A stretch of DNA of 59,035 nt, counting the filler, from Catajapyx aquilonaris (taxonomy: Eukaryota), in the NCBI GenBank assembly GCA_000934665.2. It is 4 parts of 4 records of this genome, joined end to end, with 100 filler letters (N's around TTAATTAATTAA, not from the genome) between each part and the next. Parts side by side here need not be neighbours in the genome. Positions count along the whole stretch, not along the records: positions 29,590 to 44,269 come from JYFJ02007717.1; positions 44,370 to 59,035 come from JYFJ02007718.1; 2 more parts are not named here. One strand, given 5' to 3'. Of this stretch, positions 38,223 to 49,635 are shown one piece after another. Every line of letters starts with the position of its first letter. The first letter of the stretch is position 1. The position numbers were made by a program, and so were the translations under genes. Under the pieces are notes generated by a model that had not been told where the DNA came from, ran no database searches, and saw only the letters and a program-made list of their open reading frames with translations.

Positions 38223-38383
38223 ATATCCTCCTGAGACCTGATGTCCAATATATTGGACATCCGCAAAAAAAACAACAACAACAACAACAACAAGAAGAAA
38301 AACAAAAAAAGGCGTCCATTTCAGTTGACGCCCTTTTTTTTGCTGATGTCCAATATATTGGACATCAGGTCTCAGGAGGATAT
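38223..38383. mobile_element. Small foldback MITE whose arms are themselves palindromic
   Basis: atatcctcctgagacctgatgtccaatatattggacatc and its reverse complement flank an (AAC)n/A-rich spacer. Confidence 0.85.
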
Positions 38384-38694
38384 AATAATGTGCTCACTGA
38401 TTTCCTCAATTGTTTTCAGTTGTTTCCCAATCGCTTTAATATGCTTTAATGACATGAATGGTTCTGTCCTCACATGACCATTAATTATTTGTACACTTAA
38501 AATAATACGCGCCTAAGTTGTAGGTTAATATACTGTATTCTTCAAAAAGGTTTCAAAGCCACATACGTACCAGTCGGGTTCAATAATTTCACTCCTATTC
38601 ACATAAGTGTGAGCCTTTTTTGGATATCCATACGCCCGAGGGGTCGGTGAGCCGCCGCGCCGCAAAATTAGTCCCCGGTATCTATGGCTTTCTT

Positions 38695-40302
38695 GAAGAA
38701 ACAGTGCTGGTATATGTAATTCGAGTGTGTAATTATCACGGGCAGCCCGTGCGGTAGCTGCAGCGCTACACAAGCTGCACATTTTGTAGTGAAGAGCGGT
38801 AGGGCCCGGCCCGGCATGTTGTGCACTACTTTCGGGAGGTTCACCGATCCCTCGAGCGTATGCATATCGAAAAAGGTTCACTCTTTTGTGAATCGGATAG
38901 TAGTTCCGGCCACTTTATCCTGGTCTTGAAGCAACCCTTCATACAGGTCCCACGGTGAGGAGGTTTGTGTGTGTGTGAAGGGTTACGTCAAGACCAGGAT
39001 AAAGTGGCCAGAACTAATTGAACCATGGAATCGGAAAATCAAGCGAAGTACACTTTAAAATGACTTGGTACTTATGCACTTGTTGCTCTGAGCCTCGCTG
39101 TACGCCAACCGGAGCGTCGCAGGCGCACCAAACTCGGGTGGTAGGTGCGCCTGGCGAATCCATGACGATACAAGATGTCGCGAATCCGATACGAGCAACG
39201 CGTGACGAATGGGAGCGGTGTCCTTGACCCCCCACCCTCTGGACACCACTGTGGACATCGCCTTGTTTTCCGATTCCATGGCGAGTTCGAGGCCACGCTG
39301 ACTCCTCTGCAAATCACATTGATTGTCGCACCTGGATCAGAAAAATATTATATTTTTCTTGCGGCGAATACGTACCTATCCCAGGTGACGTGAAACCGAT
39401 AGCACAAACGAGTCAAATGCGACACTGGTTTTTCTTACCCCCCTCCCGTTTTTGACTTCCGATTCCTGTGCGAGTTGGAGGTCACGTCGACCCCTCTGCA
39501 GGTCACAGTTATTGTCGCACCTGAACCAAACCAAAATAGCATTTTCTAGCGGCGATTGCGAACCTATTCCCGGTGTCACGAAACCGATAGCACAGACGAG
39601 TCAAATGCGACACTGGTTTATCTGATCCCCCTCCCGGGTTTTGATGTCGCCTATAGTACAGTAGATTATACTTCGTGGAGGTATGTGTACACAACATGCA
39701 CGTCTACGTGGCCTCGAACTCGCCATGTAATCGGAAAACGAGGCGATGTCCACAGTGGTGTCCAGAGGGTGGGGGGTCAAGGACACCGCTCCCATTCGTC
39801 ACGCGTTGCTCGTATCGGATTCGCGACATCTTGTATCGTCATGGATTCGCCAGGCGCACCTACCACCCGAGTTTGGTGCGCCTGCGACGCTCCGTTTGGT
39901 GTATAGCGAGGCTCAGAGCAACAAGTGCATAAGTGCCAAGTCATTTTCAAGTGTACTTCGCCTGATTTTTCGATTCCATGGTTCAATTATTTCTGGCCAC
40001 TTTATCCTGGTCTTGAAGCAACCCTTCACACACATAAACCTCCTCACCGTGGGACCTGTGTGAAGGGTTGCTTCAAGACCAGGATAAAGTTGCCGGAACT
40101 ACTCTCCGATTCACAGAAGAGTGAACCTTTTTCGATATGCATACGCTCGAGGGATCGGTGAACCTCCCGAAAGTAGTGCACAACATGCCGGACCCTACCG
40201 CTCTTTACAACAAAATGTGCAGCTTGTGTAGCGCTGCAGCTACCGCATGGGCTTCCCGTGATAATTACACACTCGAATTACATATACCAGCACTGTTTCT
40301 TC
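38695..40302. mobile_element. 1.6-kb foldback element: ~600-bp inverted arms with nested hairpins; ~189-bp tandem duplication in spacer
   Basis: Arms 38695-39297 and 39707-40302 are near-identical reverse complements (mirror ORF pairs). Repeat units start at 39268 and 39457. Confidence 0.92.
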
Positions 40303-40325
40303 GGGAACAAAGTAGTCGTAACACT

Positions 40326-40396
40326 TCGACGCCTAAGGATTATATTATCGTATGTCCAATGTTAAAACATACGACAATATAATCCTTAGGCGTCGA
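40326..40396. repeat. 30-bp-arm hairpin
   Basis: tcgacgcctaaggattatattatcgtatgt / acatacgacaatataatccttaggcgtcga, one mismatch. Confidence 0.9.
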
Positions 40397-40569
40397 CTTC
40401 TCTGTCAGTTGGTAAATATGGCACGCATTCTCGAAACTCATGCAGTCATGCTTAATATTGGAACCTCTCGCTGCTTAAAGTCTACATGAATTTATTAAAT
40501 ATAGGAGAAGGAAAAGCGCCCAAGTCGACTCTTCTCAACTTTACTTGTAGGATATTCATATTCATATAT

Positions 40570-40690
40570 TGAAGGATATTCAGGAAAGGTTGGAAAGAAA
40601 CTCTTCTCAACTTTACTTGAGGCAAAACACGCGTTTCCCGCTAGATTGAATGGAATCAGTTTCTTTCCAACCTTTCCTGAATATCCTTCA
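40570..40690. repeat. 33-bp perfect inverted repeat
   Basis: tgaaggatattcaggaaaggttggaaagaaact / agtttctttccaacctttcctgaatatccttca. Confidence 0.9.
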
Positions 40691-42410
40691 TACCTTCAGA
40701 GTGATTACAAGTCACCTGGTGCTTCCTTGAGGGCTTGAGCACATCCTGAAAGCGATAAGCATATTCAAGTTGTCATATATGAGCAATATTCTTGAAATGA
40801 ATGGGTCTATTAGATTCAATGAGAATTGAGCAATAACAGTGATGTCCCTTCATAATCAGGGAGTTTACCAACCAATATAGCAATATATTTTTGGGAAAAG
40901 TTGGACTTGGGCCCTTTTCATTCCAATCGATTCAATTGCGAGAAAAAGATATGACCGGTATGCTAAGAAAGTTTCGGACAAAAGTATGCCGGCTCTATGC
41001 AACCATCGGCCTCTAGAAAGGTGAAAGTTGAGAGAAAAACATTCGACCTTATTACTAGAGAACATAGGGTTGTACAGCATCAGAATACGTTTGTCTGTAA
41101 CTTTTGTGACACGGAGGACGTTATTACACATTCTCCTGAACAAAAAATGACATCCAAATCATATCCTCTGTCCGAGTGAGGGAGTTTCTCGTTCAACGTC
41201 ACGGAAAAGGCAGAGGAAACCAAATAAATTGCAGTCAAATTACAGTTTTTGGTTAGGGGTGATTAAAGCAATGTACAGTGCCTGTGATAAAATGGTGCTG
41301 CACTGCATTTGTGATTTTTGCGGATGTGTATCTACACGGATAGGTTCAGGCCATTTCTGTGTAATTCTTCAAGATAGTTATGATTCGGTTATTATTGGTA
41401 TATAACTCTCGCACGCTGTTAATTCTTCCCGGGAGATATGAAGTCTATCGGTTGTTAAAGCTCTTCCTGATGTACATTACAATCATTATATTACTTGTGT
41501 AGGCTCAAATGGTAAAGGTGCTAGGTGTGCACTTCCGCAATATTAGAATTTATTTTGTTTTTCTGGCGGATTATCGACATAGGTCGACAACTGATTGTAT
41601 AAACAACGAGTAAATTCTGCTACGTCGTTAATATGTGCAAATATCATTTTAGAATGATTCTCAGTCATCCAATCCTAATGAATCAGAAACGAACCTGAAT
41701 AACGTAAACCATCATCAGATCATCACTGTCGTGTGGTCGCCCTGTCCCGAGTGCCCCGTAAGTTATCTCCCGCCTTTTCCCCTCGTTGCTCCTTCTTATC
41801 GCCTTGGCTCCCCTAATACTATACTTTTCTTTTACGAACAGGTGTTGTGTAACTATAAACTTACTCTATATGAGAGATTTTTGATATTGATGACTGGGCG
41901 TTTCGCGGAAATGCAGTACTCTTTTGGCAGAGTTCTGCATTTCATATGCAGAACTATGACCACGATGAGTCTTGCTTAACTGTAATAACGAAATGCTTCT
42001 CTTTTGACATATACAGGCAATAATGTCTTCATAGTTATACACCAACAACATTTATCCCAACCTATATGCCGCAGTAAGACAGTGCCTAAACATTGAGTTT
42101 TATTACATCTTACTTGTTAACCTGAATATCTAAAAACCATAAGGATTCAGACTGCCAGGTTGTTTGTGGAGGTGGTAGGCGATTCTCCTGAAGCAATAGG
42201 AGCTACTATTGCTAGGGACGATGGTCTGTTGTAAAAGCAGAGGCCACAAAGGCTGCTAGGATACACTGCGGCTGGAATGGACGACAAGCTGCTGCTGTTG
42301 GACATGGCGATGTTTCTGTAACGATTGCATGAAAGAGGGAGGTTGGGAGTGCTGAATATATTTTGTTTATATCGCAAGCACGATGCATTCACATACTGTA
42401 GACTGTAGAG

Positions 42411-42485
42411 TAGGGTGGAGCGAAAAAAGTAATGCTGTTCAATGAAATCGAAGTAGGTGTCAAAAGTTGTGTATGGACTAGACTC
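42411..42485 (+). mobile_element. Solo terminus related to the hAT-type element at 50942
   Basis: tagggtggagcgaaaaaa...ggtgtcaaaagttgtgtatggac matches 50942-51009. Confidence 0.7.
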
Positions 42486-43867
42486 TGTGGGTCGAATATA
42501 ACAGTAGTTATAGAATGGGGCACATGGTTAGGGGCACAACAAGCTACAAAAAATAACTGCTCTCGGGCGATATCCGTTATATGAAAACTACCCACGAATT
42601 TGGACACCCTGTATATAAAGCCCCTATCCGGGGAGGATATAGGAGGGTAATTCCACAGGAACAGCAGAGACATGGTCCAAAAATGAAGTCACGTATTGTG
42701 GGGTGGCAGATGGCTTATTGAAAGCAGATCATTACCGTATGTCATTATGTCAGATGAAGTAGGTGTAGCAACGTTCTTCTACCAGGTAGCAGCAGAATCA
42801 TGGAAAAGTCGAGATATAATAGCGTATAAACTGACGCAACTTTCCACTGTTTGCTGCGTCAGTTACGTTAATCCTAATTTCTCCTGAAAACATGAACATG
42901 AACAGGCGTGGTCTAAAATAATCCTCGAGTGTAGATTACATATCAGTTGTAGCATTACTTCTAAAATAATACATTCTGCTCACAGGGTATCACGTCACTA
43001 CAGAACCCCCAAATAGCTTGTTTCTTTTCATGCTGCGTCAGTTACATTATATTAATAGTTGACAGAGTTCATTCAAGTTACTATTGCGAGATTGTAAAAA
43101 TATGGCAATAAGCTACCAGGAGGCCGCCACATGGGAATAATTTCAAATTCCTCTTCCATTAACATTTGACATTGCAATAAATATGACTACGGCATGAATC
43201 CCTTTCCAAATGTTGCGTCAGTTACGGTGGAATTACCCAGGAGAATAGAAAAGATCTCGCACTTCCCGACGTCGAAGAGGGTTGAGAGATGGCTCGTTAA
43301 AAAGCTCTTTACACCAATTGGGAAGCGAAAAATCCTCAGAATTGAAAATTACCCCACCGTTTCCGAGCTATGGACAAAAACAAATATTGCACGTTCGACC
43401 TTGAACAGATGGCCGTTACAACCGGAAAGCACTATCGCCCACCCACCCCCCTCCGACTGCTGGCCCAACCGCCCGCTGACATCTGCTTCCACCCGCCAGT
43501 CCACTCTCCCTTTTGAACGATACGTCAGATGACGCGTCCGAATGCGCCTCACCTCTCACGATGACGTCACTGGTGGATGTTTAGGCCCAGTTCAAACGTG
43601 GCCAATTTTAGTGGTAGACGCTCGCCACAGCAACTGGCCACCGTTGCTTATACACAGGATTATTAAATGGGAGCATTCACACGTGGCCACTGCAGTGGCA
43701 ATGGTAGGCATCTGTGGGCTCGGAGTGGCTTGGAAGTTGCTCGACCTCGCGATTGAGTGGCAGGCCCGAGCGTCTTTGCTCCTACACTCGGTAGCGGACC
43801 ATTGGTTTGCATTGGTGCATTCACACGGAGCCACAGCCAGCACAGGCCCAGTCATATGTCCACGATA

Positions 43868-44269
43868 CAGGGTCATCGAAAAAGAATGTCCCATTTAAAA
43901 AACCCTATAACTCGAAAACTTGTAGAGATATCTTAATGATTTAAGTTTTGAAATGTTTAAAGTTCAGGCCTTACCCTAGTTTGCTTCGATATGAGCTCCA
44001 TTTGTCGCTCAACAAATTAATTGGTGTCCTCCTTAACCCGCTCAGGCATGTCTGGCGTTACAGCTGAAATCAATTCTCGTAGGTGATGGTGGTGCCGAAT
44101 CTTGTCATCATACATGTATCGCCACAAAAAAGTCCATCGGGGTAAAATCTGGGCTTCTGGAGGGGCTATGCCTGGAGAAATTTCTCATACGAGACTTCTC
44201 ACACTGGGAAGCTGAACAAATATAAATTTTCTACGGCAGGTTTATTTCATGGATGAGGCGACTTTTTTA
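43868..44269. mobile_element. Second copy of the Tc1/mariner family at 33846, truncated by the gap
   Basis: TA|cagggtcatcgaaaaagaat; minus strand PSRSPDFTPMDFLW; colinear with 33846-34380. Confidence 0.85.
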
Positions 44270-44369
44270 NNNNNNNNNNNNNNNNNNNNNNNNNNNNNNN
44301 NNNNNNNNNNNNNTTAATTAATTAANNNNNNNNNNNNNNNNNNNNNNNNNNNNNNNNNNNNNNNNNNNN
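44270..44369. other. Assembly spacer (100 N with linker)
   Basis: N run with TTAATTAATTAA. Confidence 0.98.
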
Positions 44370-44561
44370 GTTAAACGAAGAGGGGAACACCAACCAGTCG
44401 CCGCACAACACCAGGAGACACTCGGGTCTCGAACCACGGACATCTTCCACCAGGGAGGCCACCAGCGTTTCCTCTTCAGACACAACAAGTGAAGGTGACA
44501 AGTAGACTTGACCAGAAGCGATTCCTATCAATGCGCAGAGACATACCGCAACCGCCTCCAT
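44370..44561 (-). CDS. 5' part of ionotropic receptor IR-E, truncated by contig end
   Basis: MEAVAVCLCALIGIASGQ signal peptide, then LVASLVEDVRGSRPECLLVLCGDWLVFPSSFN identical to IR-C/IR-D. Confidence 0.85.
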
Positions 44562-45685
44562 GGCCTACCCTATACTGACCCATGTCCATCGATTACCCTC
44601 CTCTTATGAGGGACAGCCTAGGCATATTGTGCTAACAAAACAAAGCTCATAAAGTGCTAATAATCAAGCAAATCTTTCGAAGAAGCCTTCAGGGGCTAAT
44701 ATAAACTTGTCCTTTTAAATTACATTTAATTTGCATTTTTTGTATGTGACAATTATTACGCATATACTAACTTATATTATGTTTTTTTCTCAGCAGTATA
44801 GTAAATGATGTAAGAGGAAATGCCAAATCCCACTGTCTGTCATTGTTTTTGCTCAGTAGTTTATGAACGTAAACCTATGTATTTGTGGCAATTTCCGTCT
44901 GACTTTTGTGGGTCAAGAGGCTGAGCCCCTTCGTCACAGTATAGTGTTATGACATTTTTTGATCAATAGGTCACCTTTTGGACTAGTAAAGGTCGCACTG
45001 TAAATAATACAAAATCATACCAAGAGTAATACTCCATCTGTTCTACCGTGACCTTTGTTTTTCTTCAATTCGTATTTTGGTTTTCATCAGTACATCAATC
45101 AGAATCCATGTGTGTAAAGTAAAGTACAATAATTATTGTAAAACCGTGAATCCAGCAAGGACGGTACAAAATAAATATAGTAAAACTTTAGATATTGGCA
45201 TTATTTCTAAGTGGTCCTCAATGATAACCTGTTGCAGAGCATGTCAACCATACGAGCTGTTCATGGCCTCGACCTTTCCCCAACTTTGTTCCAAAATAGT
45301 GGTGTTCGTACCCTATAATCTGAATACATCATGAATAATAATCAATGAACTCTCTCCATAAGCGTATCTGGATCCTCAACTTTGGCTTACAAACTTCCTT
45401 CATGATACCAATATGATAGAATGCAAGTTAAGTGTGTTTAGTCCACCAGCCAAGAGCTGACAGCTAGTGACATACTGAAGTGTCAAAAGATATCGACATC
45501 TCTAAACATCGGTAAATAATATGAACGTGTTGAAATTTTAATGACCTCAGCATGAGATAACTCTGGTTCTTTGCTAGTATTATATTACCACCATAATTAT
45601 TAATATCTTTATTGCAACGTCATCCGCAACGGATCAAGCACATTCACGCCATTTTCCACGAGGCATTCATCCGTAACTCTGTCTG

Positions 45686-47590
45686 TTACACATGTAATGA
45701 TCCCCGTAGCATTTCTATAATAAAGGCGAGAGTTCCCCCTCCCCAGCAAAAGAGGAATAGAAAGTACATCATTCCCCTCATTTGATCGAAATTCAAAGCC
45801 ATTGACTGGAGGTACCATCTGTCCAGTTTCCTCGCATCCTTCAGTCCTATCAGACGACAAGTGTACTCCAAGTACTGGTCATAGTAGGCCATAAGACCTG
45901 CATCGATGTAAGATATCATCATTCTGTTCATGATTGGACCCAATAAACTGTGTTTGTCCAAAATGTATCCGCAAAGAGTTAGTATGTAAGCCTCTTCTGA
46001 GATCACGATTGGAGACTTCCCTGCCTTGTCTATGTACTGGGCACCGAAACCAAGTAATATGTCACCTGGAGCAAGACAAGCGTAGTTGTGGTCTATTGAT
46101 TTGCGAACACATGTGTTGAAGTCCGCTTCATCCTTCATGGCGCGAGCAATGGGTTTGAAATACTCCAGGTCATCACTCATAAAAACAGTTGAATAATAAG
46201 GTTTAGCAACTGCTAGAGTTCCCCACTCCCAGTCATTCCGTCTTTTGTACAATTCTTGGTATGTCTTTGGCAAATCTTCCTGTTGTGGTGAGGCCAAAAA
46301 TCCAAAATACAGGGCTTCATATCCGCATATTATGACCAGGGAATAAATCCACCAGAAGGATATGAGGATTCTGGGAGCATCTCCTTCGGGTATAGTGTTA
46401 GGATTTTCCTCAATCAGGGTTAGAAACATGTATCGCAAGGAATAGAGAGGAACTGACGACGGACCCCCTCTTGGAAAAGGGTCGAGGAACTTTTTTTGAA
46501 TTAATAACAGTGCATAAAAGACTACACTTCCCATCACAATGACCAAAATTATTAAAACCCACATTTCAGGAGTGTAAGGCATCAAGGCTGCATTCCACGA
46601 GTAACTAGGCCTGGACGTTCTGGTGGAAAATGTTATCTGAATGTAATAGAGAGGAGGCGGAACTTGCACTGCGGGACTCATGTAGGTTAACACTGTGCAG
46701 CCAATCTCGGCTTCTTTTCGAATAATGACACCAGTTTGCCCAGTGTAATTACCATCTTCCAATAACATGTCAGGAAGCTGTCCGTCGTGTATCAGTGCTG
46801 ATTCCATTCGCCAAACAAAATTTAGTAAATTACTGACGATAAGAAGATACATTAAAAATCCATACATAGGAACCAAATTATCCAACATGAACTGTAACTC
46901 TTCCTTTGATATGTCAAACGCAAAAGTGCCATTCAAAAAATTGCCATGCAGATTGGTGGAATAATCCGGGAACAATTCGGGTAAGCCACTTCCCCGTGTG
47001 TACTGAGCAACATGCACTACCTTTGGATTACCACGATCGCAATAATGACAGTTCGCCATCACCTTGAGCGAGCTGGAGTCCTGGTCGAACTGGATCCCGA
47101 CCTGAAAGAGCATGAGTAGGGCGATGGGATGCATCAAGACTGTGTCCAGACCTCCGTCCCTGGGCCAGAAGAGGAACCTGTCCCTTCCGGTGTCCATGAG
47201 GTGAAGAGTGGCCGCGTGGACCACCAGAGGAGACAAGGTGTCCAGTGTCCCGAAGGCGAAGAGGAAGGTGGCGCAGGGGTCCAGTCTCCTGGCCTCCGGT
47301 CTGTGCAGCCAGGAGAACCAGTACTGTCCACTGGCGTCCACTGGTGTCCCGTCCCACCTCACCACCGCCACTTCCTCCGATCCATTGTTGATCAGCCGGT
47401 TAAACGAAGAGGGGAACACCAACCAGTCGCCGCACAACACCAGGAGACACTCGGGTCTCGAACCACGGACATCTTCCACCAGGGAGGCCACCAGCTCTTC
47501 CTCCTCAGACCCAACATCTGGATATGACATGTGGACTTGTCCAGAAGCGATGGCGACCAGAGCCAAGAGATAGACCCCGACCCCCTGCAT
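45686..47590 (-). CDS. Intronless divergent ionotropic receptor IR-C, ~634 aa
   Basis: Single ORF, true ATG at 47590 (MQGVGVYLLALVAIASG). LFPDY..LHG, DGNYTG S1, MPY..W M1, TLIEEN pore, PRILISFWW..CGYEALYFGFL M2, S2, LNFDQMRG..FIIE M3. Confidence 0.93.
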   Translation of the reverse strand: MQGVGVYLLALVAIASGQVHMSYPDVGSEEEELVASLVEDVRGSRPECLLVLCGDWLVFPSSFNRLINNGSEEVAVVRWDGTPVDASGQYWFSWLHRPEARRLDPCATFLFAFGTLDTLSPLVVHAATLHLMDTGRDRFLFWPRDGGLDTVLMHPIALLMLFQVGIQFDQDSSSLKVMANCHYCDRGNPKVVHVAQYTRGSGLPELFPDYSTNLHGNFLNGTFAFDISKEELQFMLDNLVPMYGFLMYLLIVSNLLNFVWRMESALIHDGQLPDMLLEDGNYTGQTGVIIRKEAEIGCTVLTYMSPAVQVPPPLYYIQITFSTRTSRPSYSWNAALMPYTPEMWVLIILVIVMGSVVFYALLLIQKKFLDPFPRGGPSSVPLYSLRYMFLTLIEENPNTIPEGDAPRILISFWWIYSLVIICGYEALYFGFLASPQQEDLPKTYQELYKRRNDWEWGTLAVAKPYYSTVFMSDDLEYFKPIARAMKDEADFNTCVRKSIDHNYACLAPGDILLGFGAQYIDKAGKSPIVISEEAYILTLCGYILDKHSLLGPIMNRMMISYIDAGLMAYYDQYLEYTCRLIGLKDARKLDRWYLQSMALNFDQMRGMMYFLFLFCWGGGTLAFIIEMLRGSLHV

Positions 47591-47601
47591 GACCAAGCAC
47601 A

Positions 47602-47638
47602 AACTAACTCATGGCCATTGATCCCAACCCCCTTTATA
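47602..47638 (-). promoter_or_regulatory. TATA box plus initiator of IR-C
   Basis: TATAAA (47638-47633) about 33 nt upstream of TTAGTT (47607-47602). Confidence 0.65.
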
Positions 47639-48033
47639 GGGGACAGACCGGTGACATTTCGCGAAATTTCACATAACGTGCACAATGCGGGAACACATTG
47701 GTATAATTAATTTATGGAAGTACGTATCGATTGAAATAAACTTGTACTTTAAAAAAATCAAGCTTCCGTTGCTGTATGAGTTGTGTATAATGATTAGTAC
47801 CGAAATGTGACAATTTCTTCCAGCAGAATAGTAAACGAAGAAATTTCCCCTGTCCATCACTCTCTTTGCTGCGTAGTTTAGACTTTAGAGGGTAAACATA
47901 TTATTTTCATCTGATATTTGGAACTCGATATGGAGGACTTGGAGTTGCAATTTTGGAGTCACAAGGACACGTCCAATATTTTGATCAATACTTTATATGC
48001 AGCATTATACATCAGAAGGGTGCACTTTATATA

Positions 48034-48445
48034 CAGGGTGTATCTGAACTCAGTGCCCCGACGTTTATGACTGCCTTCCTAGCCACCAGAGGATCGATTT
48101 AAGTATAGGAATCATTATGTTTGGCCGCCGCATTACGGAGATAATTGGCCGCAAACATGTAGTACAAAATATCCTGTCGGTTAGGCCACCGATCGAACCC
48201 TCCCTCAGTCAGAAGGCTTTGGAAGGCTTTGTTGGTTTGTTGCCCACAGGTGGTAAGGCCTCTTTGGCTAGTTACACCAGAAAATTCTATTTAAAAGTCA
48301 GAAGGAGCGTTTAGCACAAATCGCTAAAGAGTGTATCTCAGTAATGAGGCTGCCCAGACATATGACTCCTGTATTTAAATCGATCATCTGGTGGCTATAG
48401 GAAGGCAGTCATATATGTCGGGGCACTGAGTTCAGATACACCCTG
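48034..48445. mobile_element. Tc1/mariner-type MITE
   Basis: TA|cagggtgtatctgaactcagtgccccgac ... gtcggggcactgagttcagatacaccctg|TA. A related end occurs at 29624-29642. Confidence 0.92.
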
Positions 48446-48490
48446 TATATACAAATGTAACTCGAAATATCCTTTTATTACTCTTTTCTT

Positions 48491-48620
48491 CAAGGTGTTC
48501 AGTGTCCCGAAGGCGAAGAGGAAGGTGGCGCAGGGGTCCAGTCTCATGGCCACCGATCTGTGCATCAAGGAGAACCAGTAATGTCCACTGGCGTCCACTG
48601 GTGCCCCGTCCCACCTCACC
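48491..48620 (-). pseudogene. Isolated fragment of the IR-C/D N-terminal segment
   Basis: VRWDGAPVDASGHYWFSLMHRSVAMRLDPCATFLFAFGTLNTL versus VRWDGTPVDASGQYWFSWLHRPEARRLDPCATFLFAFGTLDTL; flanks unrelated. Confidence 0.88.
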
Positions 48621-49505
48621 AACGCCAAAAGAGTCAGCAATTCTGACATTATACATTAGTTCCCAATTTTACATTTTTATACCTGTTACGTGTGAAGTTT
48701 TGCTTAGTTTTGTTCCCTGTAGAATAACAAACGAACCCCTCGATATGAAAATGACATGTCCATCAAATCTCTGAGTTTACTTAGGCCAATGTGACTGAGT
48801 TTTCGATCGCATTCTTTATGTACCTATAAGCTTCCAATGGCAAGAAGGAACGTGTCACCAATTTTTTTCAGTGGGGTTATGCCCTTTTTGGAGGACATTT
48901 GTGCTGCTTGCATAAGCTACTGATAATGAGATTCCAATTTAACGATTACCATAACGCGCATGTCCTGTCCTTCAACCAGTCAAAGGCAGACTTTTCCAGG
49001 ACAGGCGTGTGCATATCGATGATTCTAACAGACCAATCATTTCCACTCATCTTGAGAGATTTCTCACTCATGTTTCTACTTGAAATATTATTGGATTTTG
49101 TGGGTGTTTGTTTTTTACTCCTGTATTTCAATTGAAATTAAGTGTGAAACACCAATTGAATTTATGCAATTGTTTCAAATTAAACATACTGAGTATTGGC
49201 ATGTAGATGGCTGGCTTTGTTGCGAAGACTACTAATGACAAGGAATGTACCTTCTATCCTATAGTCGTGTTGCAACTATTTCGGATGGTGCCTTCGAAAT
49301 ATTTCATTCATGGATAGTATTTGTTTAGGACTTCCGAGCGACTAAAATGGTACAACAAAAAAGTGGTATTTTATTATGAACAGTTGCCCCAAATGATGCC
49401 AATAATTGGCATATTTCAGCGACCCAAACAAACACTCTGCGATGATGGCAAAGAATCATTCACAAGATATATTTTTCATTTAATATTATGTAGTGGGGCA
49501 TCAAA

Positions 49506-49635
49506 GGGCGACACGGTGGCGGAGTGGTTAGCGCCGCAGCCTTCCACCTCTGAGGTCCCGAGTTCGATTCCCGGGTTGGACGGAGGTGGATAGAGTTTCG
49601 ATGGGTTCTCTCCGTATTCGCGTTGGTTTTCTTTG
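49506..49635 (+). mobile_element. tRNA-derived SINE, possibly V-domain type
   Basis: GGGCGACACGGTGGCGGAGTGGTTAGCG (A box), GAGTTCGATTCCC (B box), then GAGTTTCGATGGGTTCTCTCCGTATTCGCGTTGGTTTTC. Confidence 0.75.

Noticed and set aside
31438..40382. Duplicated small ORFs on opposite strands (METQTF.., MNSTDK.., MNHGI.., MHTLEG..)
   Set aside because: Mirror translations of inverted-repeat arms with no protein signature.
43542..43898. Cys-rich or hydrophobic small ORFs
   Set aside because: Run into a transposon TIR, have no splice or homology support, and show only a short internal repeat.
45180..45500. Additional decayed IR N-terminus between IR-C and IR-E
   Set aside because: Only faint resemblance (EGSL*AKVED, SSLIIIHD); too weak without a search.
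47028..47685. Overlapping and antisense ORFs within IR-C (and 55635-56304 in IR-D, 10863-11180 in IR-B)
   Set aside because: Expected from GC-rich, stop-poor tracts; their duplication reflects the shared block.
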